Of a stretch of DNA of 35,256 nucleotides, positions 24,971-35,256 are shown piece after piece. The stretch is from Conidiobolus incongruus B7586 (Eukaryota): the NCBI GenBank assembly GCA_000697335.1, contig JNEM01013957.1, positions 1 through 35,256 of the forward strand, written 5' to 3'. Numbering within the stretch: the first letter of the stretch is position 1; every line of letters starts with the position of its first letter. The notes beneath the pieces were generated by a model, which saw only the letters and a list, made by a program, of their open reading frames with translations, was not told where the DNA came from and made no database searches. A program made the translations under genes and the position numbers.

Positions 24971-25966
24971 TTAGAGCATATCAATATATCTCTTAAGTTC
25001 TTCGTCCGAAACAATTTTGAAGCCCTTTTCCTTGGTCACCGTGGCTAATTGGACGTTCGTGGCATTGAGTTTCTCTTCCATCACTTGTTTCAAGACTTTG
25101 AGAGAGAGGACAGCAGCTTCGTCGAGTGTCATTGACTTAGGAGATTGGTGAATATTTGTAGGTTGCTGTGATTTTATAAACTATGTTACCTGGTGATATT
25201 GATCTTGTAATTCAGTTTGAGCTCCTTCGGATCCAGATCCAATAGCTTTAGCTTTGAAGGCAAAGAAGGCACCGGAAGGATCGGCATAATATCTAAATCC
25301 AAATCATTAATATTCCATCAATTAAATAGTTTTAAATTTAAAATTACAATTGAGGGCCATTTTCATCAATACCAGCAACCAATAAAGCGACACCAAAAGG
25401 ACGAGACTAGGGCATTCTTTAATTTGAAAATTTTGTGGTATTATAACTGATAAAATATTTACCATAATAGGCTTTTGACCGGTAGCACTTTCACCAAATC
25501 TTAAAGCCAAATCACAAATAGCTTGAGTTACACTTTCAACTTTAATATCTTCATTGTAAATAAAATGGTGATTCTAAAAATAAAATAAATAACTCAATAT
25601 CCCTAATAAGAGGTTAAATTTACTTGAGCTTCGATACGAGCGTGGTCGACAATAGTTCTAGAGTCAGGAGTCAGACCGGACATAGCACATCCGATATGGT
25701 GGTCAATTTCCAAAATTTTTTCGACGGAATTGGGCTCTAATAAGGTGGAAGTGACACGTTTTTCAACAGCTAATAATACCCCTTCGGAAGTTTGGATACC
25801 AACACCGGTACTACCTAACTTTGGGAAGATATTAATACTAATTAATATATACGTTGGATATGACAGTTACTTTTATAGCTTCCAAAGCGTATTCAACTTG
25901 AAATAAACGTCCCTCAGGTGAAAAAGTATTAACACCACGGTCGTATTCTGTACGATTTAAAAACAT
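24971..25966 (-). CDS. PUP2: 20S proteasome subunit alpha type-5, 242 aa
   Basis: Exons 25966-25871, 25818-25624, 25573-25463, 25406-25348, 25292-25190, 25135-24971 (729 nt). Translation [36 protein letters not shown]...CDLALRFGE...[13 protein letters not shown]...[12 protein letters not shown]...LKQVMEEKL matches the PSMA5/Pup2 signature. Confidence 0.97.
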
Positions 25967-26593
25967 TTTTCTAATATTAAAAATTAATACTTTTATTTAG
26001 AAATAATTATTTTATGTTTAAATTGTTATTACTTTTAAACTATCAATCGAATTTTTAATATAATATTAGATTGATTGCAACGTAATCAATTAATAAATTT
26101 AAGAAATGATTTTAATATTATTATTATGGGATTAATTCGTAATGAATTGATCTATTATAATTCAGTTAATAATCATCAAATGTTAATTCTAATTGATAAT
26201 AATTTAAAACTTCAAAAGAAAACTATACAAATAGTGTATACTTTAAAAATTATAAAAAAGAAATTTTATGGAAAATATTATGAAAATGATTTAATATTAC
26301 TAATTTAGTATTTGCTTTTTAAAGTTATTATTTTGGGTTTAGAATAAAAAAAGATGAGTTCAAATATATACAATATATTTACAAAATAATATTATATAAA
26401 GTTTTGTATTTTATTTTTTTAATTATTAAATGTAATTCATAAGTATAAAAATAAAAATTTTATAATTTGTATTTTGAAATGAAATATTATATAAGGTAAT
26501 CCCATAATGACTTCGCAAATATATCACAAATTTAAATTTCTAAACTCACTGTCATTATAATCCCAAAAAATAAAAGAATACTATAAATAAAAA

Positions 26594-27146
26594 ATGGGAC
26601 AGCATAATCCCAATTTAGGGCTTACGAGGGAGTTGGAAAGTTTAGAAATTTTTAACAAACATTTGAATCAATTGGAATTAAATATTCAAACTTTATTTCA
26701 AAATATGTAATTTATTGTTATTTTTATTATTATTACTATTATTATCAAAATTTATTTATACTAATTGATTGTTTTAGTTCTAATACTTTTAACCAACCTT
26801 ATGCTGGAGAAAGAACTCAGGGTAATTAAATAACTACTAAATAAGAATATTTATATAATTAATAAAATTATTAGAAAGTATTGTCGACCTTGTCAAACAA
26901 ATTGAAACCCTTGAAGATCTGGTGAATAGTAATGGAGTAGGAGCCCTCAAGTTAGAGGACGCTACCATAGAAATCAAAGATATTAAGAGTCAGAGCTCAA
27001 TTACATCTAAGAGGACTCAAGCGGTAACGGGTGCGCACAAAAAGTGGCTGGAGGGCAGTTCTAAGATCGTCCAGATTTTGAATCAAGGTGATATTGATTT
27101 GAGATTAAATGTTGAATCTTCTACTGGAGCTAATACGCCTCGTTAA
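26594..27146 (+). CDS. Small helical/coiled-coil hypothetical protein (~142 aa, 3 exons)
   Basis: Exons 26594-26706, 26778-26821, 26875-27146 join in frame (429 nt): MGQHNPNLGLTRELESLEIFNKHLNQLELNIQTLFQNIS...LEDLVNSNGVGALKL...EGSSKIVQILNQ...TPR; GC-elevated exons and CTAAT/CTAAA branch-like sites. Confidence 0.75.
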
Positions 27147-27312
27147 CGGGTATCTTGAGTGTGGTAATAGTGTAAATCAGCGATGTAATTGAATATTTTT
27201 AAATAAAATAATTGAATTTCTAATTTGCAATTATTAAAAGCTAATAATTCAATTGAATTAATATGATTACATTAAATAAAAACATAAATAAATCTAATCT
27301 AATAACTTTTTA

Positions 27313-28779
27313 CTAATTAATCAATGAAAAATCATTAAATTTATCCTTATACCAAATCCCGTATGGATCACCCAACCTGACCTGATCCTTCAATTTGACT
27401 CTATGATCCCGATTCAAATGCGTCAACATATACTTCGGCAGCTTAATTGATACCAAATTCTTACAACTGTCAATCAGCAGCAGTGTTGGCTCAGACTTGG
27501 ATTGAGTTTGAGCTATGATATTAATATGTTCAAATGGTAAATTCTCAGCCTTTGGAAGTTCATCGGCATTGGAACTGATTGTAAAGCAGCTAAACTGCCT
27601 TACATTGGGGAACCATTGTGATAGTTTGAATAGTTGATAGAGTTCAAAATGTCCAAATGGAAATTCTAATCGCCTTAACTTAACACAGCCGTCCAGTGTA
27701 AATGGTAAAGATGGGATATTTAAGTCGAATTGGACTAAATTCACTATCAAATGAGTCAAATTAGGTAGGTCACATAAAGATGATAACGTATCAAAGTTAA
27801 AATAAATGGATTCCAAAGTCAAATGAGTCAACTTTGCAAATGTTAAGTTTTGGGAGAATAATTTGTATGCACTCAAATACTTCAATTCATACTCCACAGA
27901 TGCAGAATTATTCACTTTGGATTCAAAATCTTTGGGAATGGGAGGTGTTTTTAAATTCAATTTGACTAATTTCGAAAATTTGAAATAATCCAACCAGAAT
28001 TGAATATCGAAACAACTTTTGTCTAACCATTCGTTAACTGTTAGAAAATCGTCGAAGATTCTTATAGAACACTCCCTCAAATCAAAGAGATCGTTTTGAC
28101 GCACAGGTAATTTGCTAGTGTTTTGCTTGCTAATGCTCGTAGCTTGATTCGTGCTGCAAATAACTAATTTGGTCAGTTTCGTGAATTTGTGGGTAATTAG
28201 ATGGATAATAGGTAAATAGAGTTGGGGAATTTCTAGTACAAGATGCTCTATATAATGCCCTTTGTCCGACAATAAACAAACCAAATCACACAAAGGATCT
28301 AAATCTATATTCAATTGTAATTTAGACAAATTTTTAAACATTATCAAACTATCAATATTTCGAGTTATATTATCTCTAAATTTTAAACATCCCAGGCTAT
28401 TCAAGCAATTCCTATATTCTTCAAAATAATCACTAAGATCTTTCAACTCAATCCCATGCTTTACCAAAACTCTATCTAACCTGGGTAGCTGATCCAAAAA
28501 CGGCAGAATTTGGTCAATATAGTGACATTGGAAAGTTCTGCAATATTTCCCATACTTTTCAATGTAGTTGATTAATTCTGTATCCTTAAAACTGTCTTCA
28601 ACGTTGTGACCTTTCCAGTACGTCATATCGATAGTGCTATGAATATAGGGTAGACATAGTGAACGTAGTTTGGAATGAACTTGCTGTAGTTGTAGAATTT
28701 GTTGATAGTTAAGATATTTTAATATAGTTTCTAGAATTGATGTAGGTAAATTCAATAAATTATTACTATTATTATTCAT
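27313..28779 (-). CDS. F-box / leucine-rich-repeat (RNI-like) protein, 488 aa
   Basis: N-terminal F-box LLNLPTSILETILKYLNYQQILQLQQVHSKLRSLC followed by LxxLxL repeats (KLTKLVI, KLTHLTL, NLTHLIV, KLRRLEF); intronless. Confidence 0.88.
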   Translation of the reverse strand: MNNNSNNLLNLPTSILETILKYLNYQQILQLQQVHSKLRSLCLPYIHSTIDMTYWKGHNVEDSFKDTELINYIEKYGKYCRTFQCHYIDQILPFLDQLPRLDRVLVKHGIELKDLSDYFEEYRNCLNSLGCLKFRDNITRNIDSLIMFKNLSKLQLNIDLDPLCDLVCLLSDKGHYIEHLVLEIPQLYLPIIHLITHKFTKLTKLVICSTNQATSISKQNTSKLPVRQNDLFDLRECSIRIFDDFLTVNEWLDKSCFDIQFWLDYFKFSKLVKLNLKTPPIPKDFESKVNNSASVEYELKYLSAYKLFSQNLTFAKLTHLTLESIYFNFDTLSSLCDLPNLTHLIVNLVQFDLNIPSLPFTLDGCVKLRRLEFPFGHFELYQLFKLSQWFPNVRQFSCFTISSNADELPKAENLPFEHINIIAQTQSKSEPTLLLIDSCKNLVSIKLPKYMLTHLNRDHRVKLKDQVRLGDPYGIWYKDKFNDFSLIN

Positions 28780-28916
28780 TATTCATTATTCATTTAAATT
28801 AATTTTAAGAGTTATTTCCAATTTATACTAATTTTAAATTAATAATAAAATTATGGGTAAATCAAATTCCAAATAATATTAATATCTATAAACTTTATTC
28901 TATTAGTTAAATAATA

Positions 28917-30305
28917 TTAAACATTTTCAAATATTATATGATTGAACTCATTTTGAAAATTGATTAAACTATCTGGATATAGTTGAAATTTTAAATCTAT
29001 CCACACTTTTAGTAAATTGGGGAATAAAGTTAAAAGTTGGCGAATGTAAAAAGAGTTGGCAAAAATTTGATGGTTGATATTCAGGGTTTGGAGGGATTGG
29101 AATGAATTAGGCGAGATATTGGATGGAAGACTCAGTTGACTTACACTCAATGTAGTGAGATGGGGCAACCACTGCAATAAGCCATTCAGATCATTGAATT
29201 GAATACAGTGATTACTTAACTCAAGACTGGATAAATTTCTTAAGGGTTCAATTTCTTCGTCGGATACTGATAAGCTCTTAATACCTCCTGAATTGATGAT
29301 GAGAGTAGTTAATTGTTTCAAATTTGCCAGTTTCTTCAATGTGATATGATTCAACTCTTGATTGGACAGTTTTAGGGTTTGAAGTTTGTCAATCTTGACG
29401 AATTTGATCTTTTCAACGCATACATTGGTAGTGAGTGAGCTGAGAGAGGGAGTATTTTGCAGTATGAGAGAGTTTGAGATGAATGAGTTGGGGTGGGTGA
29501 AGTATTCCAAATAGGTGAGTGTGATCAAATTGGGCATGGTAGTACTGTTGAGTAGGATATTCAGGAGTGGAATGTGTTGCACTAAATTCTCATTGTGGTA
29601 GGTCAATTTTAAATTCACTTGCTTCCACTCGACACTTGGGATCTGGAATCCCTGAATCTCATCGGATGTATAGTTTGTTAATAATGTATCGTATTTGGTA
29701 GCAATAGTTAATGTCTTTAACTGATCGTAATGAACTATTAAATAATCAATCAATTCGTTGCTAACTGTATCCAATGTGAGCTTCAAATCGGTTAATTTTA
29801 TCCATCTGTTGGATCTAATCACTCTTAGTAACTCCAAGCATAACACATCACTTCCATCAATCGACAGGCTAGACAGTGAAGAAAACTCAATACCAGATCC
29901 AAACCAACTGTAATCGTTATCAATTACACTCCCAGTCAATAGGATTGTACCCAACTTTACCAAATTCAAATGTCTCAGTTTATCCCAATTCTGCTGATTT
30001 AATTCCAAACCATCCAGGATTTCCAATGAATTCAACTTATTTAAGCAAGCCAAATTATCTTGAAAATATTGCACATCTTTGACAATCACCTCCCTAATAA
30101 AATTCCTAAATCTACCAATTACCTGATTCATATCATTTTGATCCTTATGCTTAGTAAAATCGATCCGATACCAAATAGAAGGTAATGTAGCTCCATACAA
30201 ATACCGATTAGTAACGTTAACGCTTAAGCGATCTCTCTGTAACAAATAATTGGAGATATTATAAATAATATGACTTGGTAAATCTTCTAACATTGTCAAC
30301 TTCAT
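28917..30305 (-). CDS. F-box / leucine-rich-repeat (RNI-like) protein, 462 aa
   Basis: N-terminal F-box LEDLPSHIIYNISNYLLQRDRLSVNVTNRYLY...IW followed by LxxLxL repeats (KLNSLEI, SLSSLSI, KLQTLKL, NLSSLEL, HLTTLSV); intronless. Confidence 0.88.
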   Translation of the reverse strand: MKLTMLEDLPSHIIYNISNYLLQRDRLSVNVTNRYLYGATLPSIWYRIDFTKHKDQNDMNQVIGRFRNFIREVIVKDVQYFQDNLACLNKLNSLEILDGLELNQQNWDKLRHLNLVKLGTILLTGSVIDNDYSWFGSGIEFSSLSSLSIDGSDVLCLELLRVIRSNRWIKLTDLKLTLDTVSNELIDYLIVHYDQLKTLTIATKYDTLLTNYTSDEIQGFQIPSVEWKQVNLKLTYHNENLVQHIPLLNILLNSTTMPNLITLTYLEYFTHPNSFISNSLILQNTPSLSSLTTNVCVEKIKFVKIDKLQTLKLSNQELNHITLKKLANLKQLTTLIINSGGIKSLSVSDEEIEPLRNLSSLELSNHCIQFNDLNGLLQWLPHLTTLSVSQLSLPSNISPNSFQSLQTLNINHQIFANSFYIRQLLTLFPNLLKVWIDLKFQLYPDSLINFQNEFNHIIFENV

Positions 30306-31252
30306 TATTTTTATTTTTATTTAATAGTTAGTCTATTTGTAATTAATTAAAAAATATTTATGAAATTAATGAAAATACCATGTATTTATAAATATTCGCA
30401 GTTATTACTGCCATGATGGGATTATAAACTATGGCTTGATAATTAAAGCTTTGGAATTTGATACGGTTAGGCATTTTAGATCATCATGATTCATCTTTAC
30501 TATTCCATGACAACGAATCAAATTCTCCTGAAGTTAATTGTTGAATTGATTGGTTACATGTGTTACTTAATCCCAATTCAACAAAATTTTCTTTATTTCT
30601 CTGATCTTAGGAGTATAATCGAGTTTTGCCATTTCCAAATTAATTATATCATTATGATAGTTTTTTACAAAAAATTAAGATATTTAATATAAAAATGTTA
30701 AATAAAATATAGCATAGTTTATTTGAATTTTATTAAACCAAATGAATGAAATTAGAATAATTATGACTCATTTTAAATTAAAGTTTAAAATTGAGGTGAT
30801 TGTTTGAAAGATTTAATTTATATAGTTAAACCTAAATAGCTAAGAATATTGTAAATTTGTTTAAATAATTATTGAAAGAGATAAATATTAATTAATAAAA
30901 TATATCCATGGCAAAATATTGTTAGTTAAAAAATAAATAATTTTATAATATATTGAATTGTTATACTTTTTTGAAATGATTAAAATTTAGTGATTGATTC
31001 TTCAGATTTTAAAAATCAATTTTTTGGCTATTTTAAACAAAATAGTGAAAATTTCTTGATTTGATTTTTATAAACTTAAAAATAAACAATGGATAGAAGT
31101 AATATATATTGTATATTAATTATGTGGGATGTTATAATATAACTATATTGCTTTTTATTTTAATTGTTGTATACCTTTATATTATATTGATCAAAACTTT
31201 AAAAATGTTTGGTTAGAAATTGTTGATATTTGAGATAAAATAACTAATATTA

Positions 31253-31281
31253 CTCTGTATTTTTAATAATGGGAATTTTTT
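31253..31281. repeat. Mariner terminal inverted repeat (transposase 3' end)
   Basis: CTCTGTATTTTTAATAATGGGAATTTTTT matches the reverse complement of 32544-32572 (CCTTGAATTTGAAATAATGGGAAATTTTT) at 23/29 positions. Confidence 0.85.
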
Positions 31282-31343
31282 GCAATTAAAAATAAATAAA
31301 CATTTGAATATATGATATATAAAAATAAATATATAAAATAAAT

Positions 31344-32378
31344 TTAATAGTTTCTTTTATTATTAATAACTTTTTGCCATACTTTTAGCAAACTTCTAAC
31401 ACCTAAAAAATAGTTCTTTTTATTAAAGACTGAAATTTGATGTTTCACAAACCAATTAAATTTTCCTGCAGAAATTTTCTTTCCTGCAAGCTGGTTTTTT
31501 AATTGCCTAAAGCAATTATAATCACATAGGTTATAATCAGGGGAATATACTGGATGTGGTAGTTCTTTCCAGTTATTTTTAATTAGAAAGTTTTTTACAG
31601 CTTTAGATTTATGTATTTTACAATTATCATGCAAAATAATAGGTCTTCTCAAATTATATTGAGAACACTAATTAAAAATACTTTTATTTAAAAAAGCAAT
31701 ATATAATTTACTATTAATTGATTTTCCTTTAGGAACTAAATAAGAATAGCATATACCATTATAATCTATTACAATAATTAACATTTGCTTATTAACAAAG
31801 TATTTATTTAAAGGGATTTGTAAAGGGGGTTGATTTAGCTTAATCCAGCATCTTGATTTGTGTTTTGGTAAAAGATTATACATAAGGATCTAAGATTCAT
31901 CAATTGTAATTATTTGCTGTAAAAGTCTAGGCTTCTAGTAATATTTCAATAGTTTTTGTTTAGCAATAGCTACTCTAGCTTTTTTTTAAGCTTTAGTTAA
32001 ATTATAAGGTACCTATTTTACATTTTTATTTATTAATTTTAGTTTAAACTTTAAAATATATAAAATACTTGTAAAACTAATATTAAAGTGCTTAGATAAT
32101 TCTCTAGCTGAAATAAAAAGGTGCTTTTCAATATATTTTTTCACTCTATTTACAATTGAAAGAGTAACAGTTGAAGTTGGTTTTCTAGATTTTAGCAGGT
32201 TTTGAATAGTTTCTCTCTTAACCTTAAAGTAATTTACCCAGCAATAAATTGTTAATTTAGATAATACTTTATTACCAAAAGTTGCTTGTAAATTTTAAAT
32301 AATTTTAGAGGGTTTATGGTTAAGTTTTACTGATACCAAAATAAAAAACTTTTGATGATTACTATTTGGTTTAAGCAT
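31344..32378 (-). pseudogene. Mariner transposase pseudogene (single frame, six premature stops)
   Basis: ATG at 32378 to TAA at 31344 in one frame with no frameshift; internal stops at 32295-32297, 32013-32015, 31986-31988, 31935-31937, 31890-31892 and 31668-31670. Track ORFs 31344..31652 and 31668..31883 are fragments of it. Confidence 0.92.
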
Positions 32379-32428
32379 GATTAAATTAAACAACCAATTT
32401 TAAAAAGTTAATTTTTTAATCAAAAAAA

Positions 32429-32432
<4 letters not shown>

Positions 32433-32463
<31 letters not shown>
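32433..32463. repeat. (AT)n microsatellite inside the mariner 5' untranslated region
   Basis: About 15 AT units between the transposase ATG and the TIR. Confidence 0.9.
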
Positions 32464-32469
<6 letters not shown>

Positions 32470-32543
32470 TATATAATTTCCTATTAACTTTGTATATATT
32501 TATTCATTTCAAACTAATAATATGTTTGAAAAATCAGAAATTA

Positions 32544-32572
32544 AAAAATTTCCCATTATTTCAAATTCAAGG
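32544..32572. repeat. Mariner terminal inverted repeat (transposase 5' end)
   Basis: Inverted partner of 31253-31281; followed by the TA target dinucleotide. Confidence 0.85.
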
Positions 32573-33896
32573 TAATAATTTGCAAATTATCCATTTTTTA
32601 TCAGATTGAATTAGATTAAAATAAAATCAAATTATACTTTGAAAATGTTTTTTAATATGGGTTGAAAATAGAAAATAATTAATACATTGATATAATGGTA
32701 TAGAATATTATTATTTATTATCTTTTAAATAGATTCATCTCATCTTTTTATACATTAAGTTTTTCTCAGAATAACTTGGGCTTTTAATAATCTTGTAAAA
32801 ATTAATATAATAAGGTATTCAACGATTTTAAATATCGAATGATTACTTTTATTGAATAATGCTATCATTATAATTCTGAGTCTATATAGTCGTAGATTTA
32901 TATATATTATAATATTATTAAATTGATATAGGGAAGATTTTAACACTGAATATCTTTTAATGTAAAACATATTAAACACAAGATTGATTATTCAAATTTT
33001 CTTTTAATTATCTAAAAAAATTGATCAAGGAAAATGCATTAATATATAAGATAATTTGAAAATATATAATAATATATTATCGTTAATTGATATTTATTAA
33101 TATTGAATATTATTGATATTTTCAAGATTAAGTTTCAACTAAAATATTTAGTTATATTGATGCTTTACATAATTGATGTAAATGCTTCAATTAATTTAAC
33201 GTATAATTTTTTATATATCTAACAAGATAATATTCTTCCAAGTATATTAATAATTACAAACTTATAATATATAATTTTAAATTATATCATTTTAATGTCT
33301 AATAATTTCAAATATTTTATAGTAGAGCTAAGTAAAATTTTATATCAATTCAAAAGATTTTGAGTGAGGTGAAATATTACCAAATAAAGCTAATTAATAT
33401 CAATATTTTTTAAGTATAATAATATTAAAAATATATATTGATATGAAAATTATATAGAATTTTATTATAGTTATTAATATATTGTATTGTTTTGAATTAT
33501 GTATTGGCTTTATAATATTTTAAATAGTTGAGAATAGTGATTAGAAATTTTCTGAATTGAATTGATTCTTTACAAGAAGTATTATTTAAATAATTATTTT
33601 TAAATATATTATTAAGTTTTCATTTTATTATAAACAATAGAAATTATAACACATTTAATTATATACAATCTAATGGTATTGATTTCTTTTGTAATATGAT
33701 ATATATGAAAAACCTTGTGATCACTTGATTAATTGGTAATTTATATACAAATTCCCATAACTTTTAGAGAAATACTCAAACTTTTAAATTGAAATTGATG
33801 AAAGTATAGATAAGATTAAAGTAAATATCAATACTTAATCAAGTCAATCCAAAGGAAATTAATTAAATTAATTTTAAAAATAAATTGGATTAAAAG

Positions 33897-34389
33897 ATGT
33901 CTCTTCCTTATAAACCACCCGTACTCAGTCATGTTCAACAAGTTCAAAGATTGTACAAGCGCGCTCTCAAACTCTCTTTGGATTGGCACATTCGTCGCGA
34001 TTTATGGCGTATTAACGCTTTAGAAATTAGACAACGTTTCGAAGCTAACCGTCATATTACTGAGCCCAAAAAAATCGCTCATATTATTGATTTAACTGAA
34101 AAAGAATTGGAAGAAAGATCTCATCCTGACCCCTATTTATGTAAGATTTACCTAATTCTAATGTTCACTTTTATAATTTTAAATTTTCAATCAGTGATTA
34201 ATTTTCACCATCTATTGTACATATATATACAACATTTTATTAACTCCAATATTCTAGATCCCACTCAACCTGAAGGTACCAAATGGGAACGTCACGGTTT
34301 AATGAAACCTTTGGTAAATTTAACATTTTCTAAATCATTCTCATTAACTAATTTTCAATTTATAGAACTTCAAGAGCTCTACTAATTAA
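33897..34389 (+). CDS. NDUFB9: NADH:ubiquinone oxidoreductase subunit B22/NDUFB9 (LYR family), ~107 aa
   Basis: Exons 33897-34140, 34258-34313, 34366-34389. LYR motif (RLYKRALKLSLDW...IRQRFEAN) and HPDPYLYPTQPEGTKWER, characteristic of NDUFB9. The track ORF reads through both introns; the last exon is less certain. Confidence 0.93.
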
Positions 34390-35256
34390 ACTAAAATTTT
34401 TTCAACAATAACTCAAGAATAAAAATGTTATCTTTTTGTATGTCATACTCATTTTCTAGATTATCTTTTGTTTACTATCTTATAATATCGATTTGGAGAT
34501 TTAAATTTATATTTATTTCCTCTTATTACCAACTTTAACTTATTTTTTCCAATTAAATTTATATGATGACGTATTTACTCTCGAAGTTGGTAAGTTATTA
34601 TAAATTAAATTAATAAATTTTCAAAATTGTATTAATATTATAATAAATTATAATATTCATGATCAAATATCAAGTAATATACTTAGGGATAACATACAAT
34701 TTATCAATTAACATAAATACACATTAGTAACTTATTTTAAATTTGATATTATATAGTAATTTTAACTAATCATTTATTTAATTTGTATTATTATTATTTA
34801 CCTTTTTGATATATCATTTTTTCAGAAAAAATTATTAATTTAATTCTATTTTTAATTAATATTTTCAATAAAATAATATATAATTCATTTTTTGTTATTT
34901 AATTTATTAAAAAAATAATATAAAAATTTTATCAAGTTCTATATATGTTTGTATTTAATTATTTAAATTAATTGATTTACTAATCTTTTTTTATTTTATA
35001 ATATATGTTTTAATATCTGATCTGATAAGATTGCAATAAATAAGACATATATTTTATCATATTAAGTTATTTATTTAATAATTAATCTTATTATAAATTT
35101 TATTTCTAATAATTATGTAATATTGCTATATAATATATATTACTTGATATTCTTATTTTTCAATTTTTGATTAATTATATATATAAATTTTATAATATAT
35201 ATATTACTCAGGATTTTAAATAATAAGAATTTTTTATAATATAAAATATATAAATA

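Larger units (their letters stand above)
31253..32572 (-). mobile_element. Full-length, inactivated mariner (Tc1/mariner DD34D) DNA transposon, 1320 bp
   Basis: Imperfect ~29-bp TIRs flanked by TA at 31251-31252 and 32573-32574; internal 345-codon transposase frame with IITIDES, HDN-x34-D (YSPDYNLCD) and a WVP-like motif; size typical of mariners. Confidence 0.93.

Noticed and set aside
31344..32378. Alternative genetic code (TAA/TAG read as Gln) as the explanation for in-frame transposase stops
   Set aside because: TAG replaces conserved Trp residues, and host genes here terminate with TAA/TAG.
34563..34595. ATGATGA (C-box-like) / ATG...GTAAGT possible first exon
   Set aside because: No nearby D box (CTGA) and no downstream coding exon identifiable in the window.
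1..35256. tRNA, rRNA, CRISPR arrays or prokaryote-style operon/defence systems
   Set aside because: No cloverleaf/T-loop context, rRNA-like tract or repeat-spacer array seen; the DNA is intron-containing and eukaryotic, and the neighbouring genes show no convincing shared pathway.

Overview
Very AT-rich eukaryotic genomic DNA with ~50-nt GT-AG introns. The gene set and F-box/LRR style suggest a fungus, plausibly an early-diverging lineage such as Zoopagomycota/Entomophthorales (inference only). Hand splicing gives 11 protein-coding genes: a Ser-rich hypothetical protein, a 9-exon 775-aa helical protein resembling the Nup358/RanBP2 N-terminal domain, an active rhomboid protease, an NAD kinase with an N-terminal PB1-like domain, a compact UVRAG/Vps38-like gene, a Q/N/P-rich protein with a WRKY/GCM1/FAR1-like C-terminal domain, proteasome alpha-5, a small 3-exon helical protein, two tandem intronless F-box/LRR genes and complex I subunit NDUFB9. 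There is also a full-length dead DD34D mariner with TIRs and TA flanks. Top leads: (1) a possible fungal stand-alone Nup358-NTD homologue, (2) a PB1-NAD kinase fusion, (3) a RIP/methylation-like C-to-T signature in the mariner, (4) a probably domesticated Mutator-type DNA-binding domain. All family assignments come from motif recognition and recalled sequences; no database searches were run.
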